Of a stretch of 64,000 bases of DNA, positions 62,238 through 64,000 are shown piece by piece (the stretch's first letter is position 1; every line of letters starts with the position of its first letter). Source of the DNA: Bacillota bacterium (GTDB taxonomy: Bacteria > Bacillota > SHA-98 > UBA4971); contig JASEJE010000015.1 of the NCBI GenBank assembly GCA_030024085.1, forward strand, positions 14,375 through 78,374, written 5' to 3'. Made by a program: the position numbers and the translations under genes. The notes under the pieces were generated by a model, which saw nothing but the letters and a program-made list of their open reading frames with translations, ran no database searches and was not told the origin of the DNA.

Positions 62238-63635
62238 TCAAGGTTTCCCCGCCCGCACCGGGGGGTTGATTGGGCCTGCCCCAGGCTCCGCCTCTCGGTC
62301 TGTACCGATCCGCACGACCGCGTCTCGCGGCCTGTACCTGTCGCGCGATAACACCTCCCTTCTCACGACCTCCCCACCCGTGATGACCAGCCGCTCCGTG
62401 GTCACCTCGCAGCCAGGCTCGCCCTCCTTCTCCACCACGCGCTCCCCTTTCGCGAGCTTCGCGTCCAGGACTTCACGCACGCCAGGCGCAAGGGTCGCCA
62501 CATGGGACGTGATGATGCGCACCTCGCGCCCCTCGGGCCGGTCGCCGAAGAAGCTCACCGTAAGCTTCGGCCCCACCACCTCTGACAGGATGAGGACCGG
62601 TGCGGTCCCGGCGTTCCTGAACCGGAGGTCCTGCGAACCGTAGTAGACTTGCGCGTCCCTCCCCGGCGGGACGTAGCCTGTCAGCCTGGAGTGGTTCTGC
62701 CTCGCGGTGATCCGCATGTCTGCGAGGAGCGCAGCATTGTAGACCGTGGACGAAACCTGGCAGACCCCCCCGCCCACCCCGGGCCTGAACTCGTCCTCCA
62801 CGATCTCTGGCGCCTCGCGGAACCCGAACTCGCGCGTCCTGGGGCCTACCACCTCGTTGAATGAAAACTCCTCGCCCGGCCGGACCATCACCCCGGATAT
62901 CCGGCCCGACGCAAGCCGAATGTTGTGGGCCCGGTTCTCGACCCCGGTGTCGAACGTTGTCGAAAATGATGCCACAAGCTCCCTGATGCCAAGATCCTTC
63001 AGGTCCTGGAGAGTGGTGATGGGTGGCACCCGACGGGACTCGAGGAATACAGCCGGATGCCAGGCGAGACCGAGCGCCTCGCGCACCCGTCGCGTCGACT
63101 CGGCCACGTCCAGTCGTCGCCCCTCCCGCTCAGGGATAGCCCGCCCGGTGCGGACGTCAAACGTGGCATTCCGCGCCTCGATATCAATCTCGGCCGCCAG
63201 TGCCAGTACGGCTTCGAACAGCCGTGCCTCGTCGACCCGGGTGGCTGCGCTCACGCGCCACCCTGCCGTCGCGGCCCGCCAGAGTTCACCCGCCCCTCTG
63301 ACGACGCCCCCCGTCCTTCCCACGCCCGCGACACGCCTCGCCAGCTCCGCCGGATCCGATTCGACGCCCAGGCTCTCCGGGGCGCGCTCCCACCGCTGGT
63401 CCCTGTGGATGAGCACCACCGGCCCTGTGCTCGCAAAGTGGGCCACGCGGCGGGCAACCTCCGCGGCCTCCGCCCGCGTCATGCCGCCGACATCGATCCC
63501 GCCCAGGTTCACGCCGAGAGCAATGCGCCCCCCTTCGCCTGCAAAGAACACGCCCGCCCCGACGGCCGTCCCAGCAACGAGGCAGGCGCCTGCTATCAAA
63601 GCTACCAGGCCTGTCGCAACCGCACGCGGCCGCAC
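62238..63635 (-). CDS. VanW-family protein (N-terminal TM, peptidoglycan-binding region, VanW, G5-like)
   Basis: NRAHNIRLA, FSFNEVVGPR, GGGVCQVSST.YNA, GRDA, DLRFRN; start uncertain. Confidence 0.88.
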   Translation of the reverse strand: MRPRAVATGLVALIAGACLVAGTAVGAGVFFAGEGGRIALGVNLGGIDVGGMTRAEAAEVARRVAHFASTGPVVLIHRDQRWERAPESLGVESDPAELARRVAGVGRTGGVVRGAGELWRAATAGWRVSAATRVDEARLFEAVLALAAEIDIEARNATFDVRTGRAIPEREGRRLDVAESTRRVREALGLAWHPAVFLESRRVPPITTLQDLKDLGIRELVASFSTTFDTGVENRAHNIRLASGRISGVMVRPGEEFSFNEVVGPRTREFGFREAPEIVEDEFRPGVGGGVCQVSSTVYNAALLADMRITARQNHSRLTGYVPPGRDAQVYYGSQDLRFRNAGTAPVLILSEVVGPKLTVSFFGDRPEGREVRIITSHVATLAPGVREVLDAKLAKGERVVEKEGEPGCEVTTERLVITGGEVVRREVLSRDRYRPRDAVVRIGTDREAEPGAGPINPPVRAGKP

Positions 63636-63642
63636 CGCGATG

Positions 63643-64000
63643 CTACTCCCCTCTCGCCGCCCCCCGCTGCTTTCCCTGCTCCATCTGTCCCCCTTGCTTT
63701 CTCCGCCCTGCCAGCTCTCTCTGCTCTTTCTGCGCTCTCTGGCGCAACACCTCGAACATGATGACCCCAGCGGCAACCGACGCGTTCAGCGACGATACGC
63801 GACCTCTCGTCGGAATCCGCACCAGGACGTCGCATTTCTCGGCCAGGAGACGCGACATCCCACCCCCTTCCGAACCGATCACCAGGGCGACCGGCCCGGT
63901 GAAGTCCACCTCGTAGATGGTGCGCTCTGCCCCCGCGTCGGCTCCGAACACCCAGAAGCCGTGTTCCTTCAGCCTCTCGACCTCCCGGGGGAGGTTCGCC
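63643..64000 (-). CDS. rlmB: 23S rRNA Gm2251 methyltransferase (TrmH family); 5'-truncated by window edge
   Basis: VIGSEG.GM, SSLNASVAAG; conserved position upstream of sigH. Confidence 0.92.
   Translation of the reverse strand, partial: ANLPREVERLKEHGFWVFGADAGAERTIYEVDFTGPVALVIGSEGGGMSRLLAEKCDVLVRIPTRGRVSSLNASVAAGVIMFEVLRQRAQKEQRELAGRRKQGGQMEQGKQRGAARGE

Overview
GC-rich Bacillota (Firmicutes) chromosome segment, probably from a diderm, spore-forming lineage such as a Limnochordia-like group (inference). About 18.3-57 kb, on the minus strand, is the conserved core cluster: rpmG-secE-nusG-rplKA-rplJL-rpoBC-L7Ae-str-S10-spc-alpha-ecfAAT-truA-rplM-rpsI. It is preceded by rlmB, a VanW-family gene, sigH and four tRNAs (Thr-TGT, Tyr, Gly, Thr-GGT), and a ~4.1 kb islet splits that tRNA cluster. 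The first 18 kb is accessory and housekeeping DNA: an osmoprotectant ABC transporter, ald, a small beta-barrel protein, a GH18 hydrolase, a divergent CodY, ferredoxin, CopZ, AmmeMemoRadiSam genes, a racemase, a SIS protein, a CwlD-GerMN fusion, an RsmC-like methyltransferase, nadE and a crotonase. The most notable signal is a ~210-bp nested-palindrome MITE-like repeat (4 copies) that appears to insert at CTAG with a TA duplication and supplies the stop codon of two genes. Other observations: candidate sigma-H promoters, a greatly expanded L10 leader, very long acidic tails on RpoB/RpoC/NusG, two probable non-canonical start codons, and many short tandem duplications. No CRISPR array, rRNA gene or intact transposase was seen. 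All calls come from manual reading; no searches were run.
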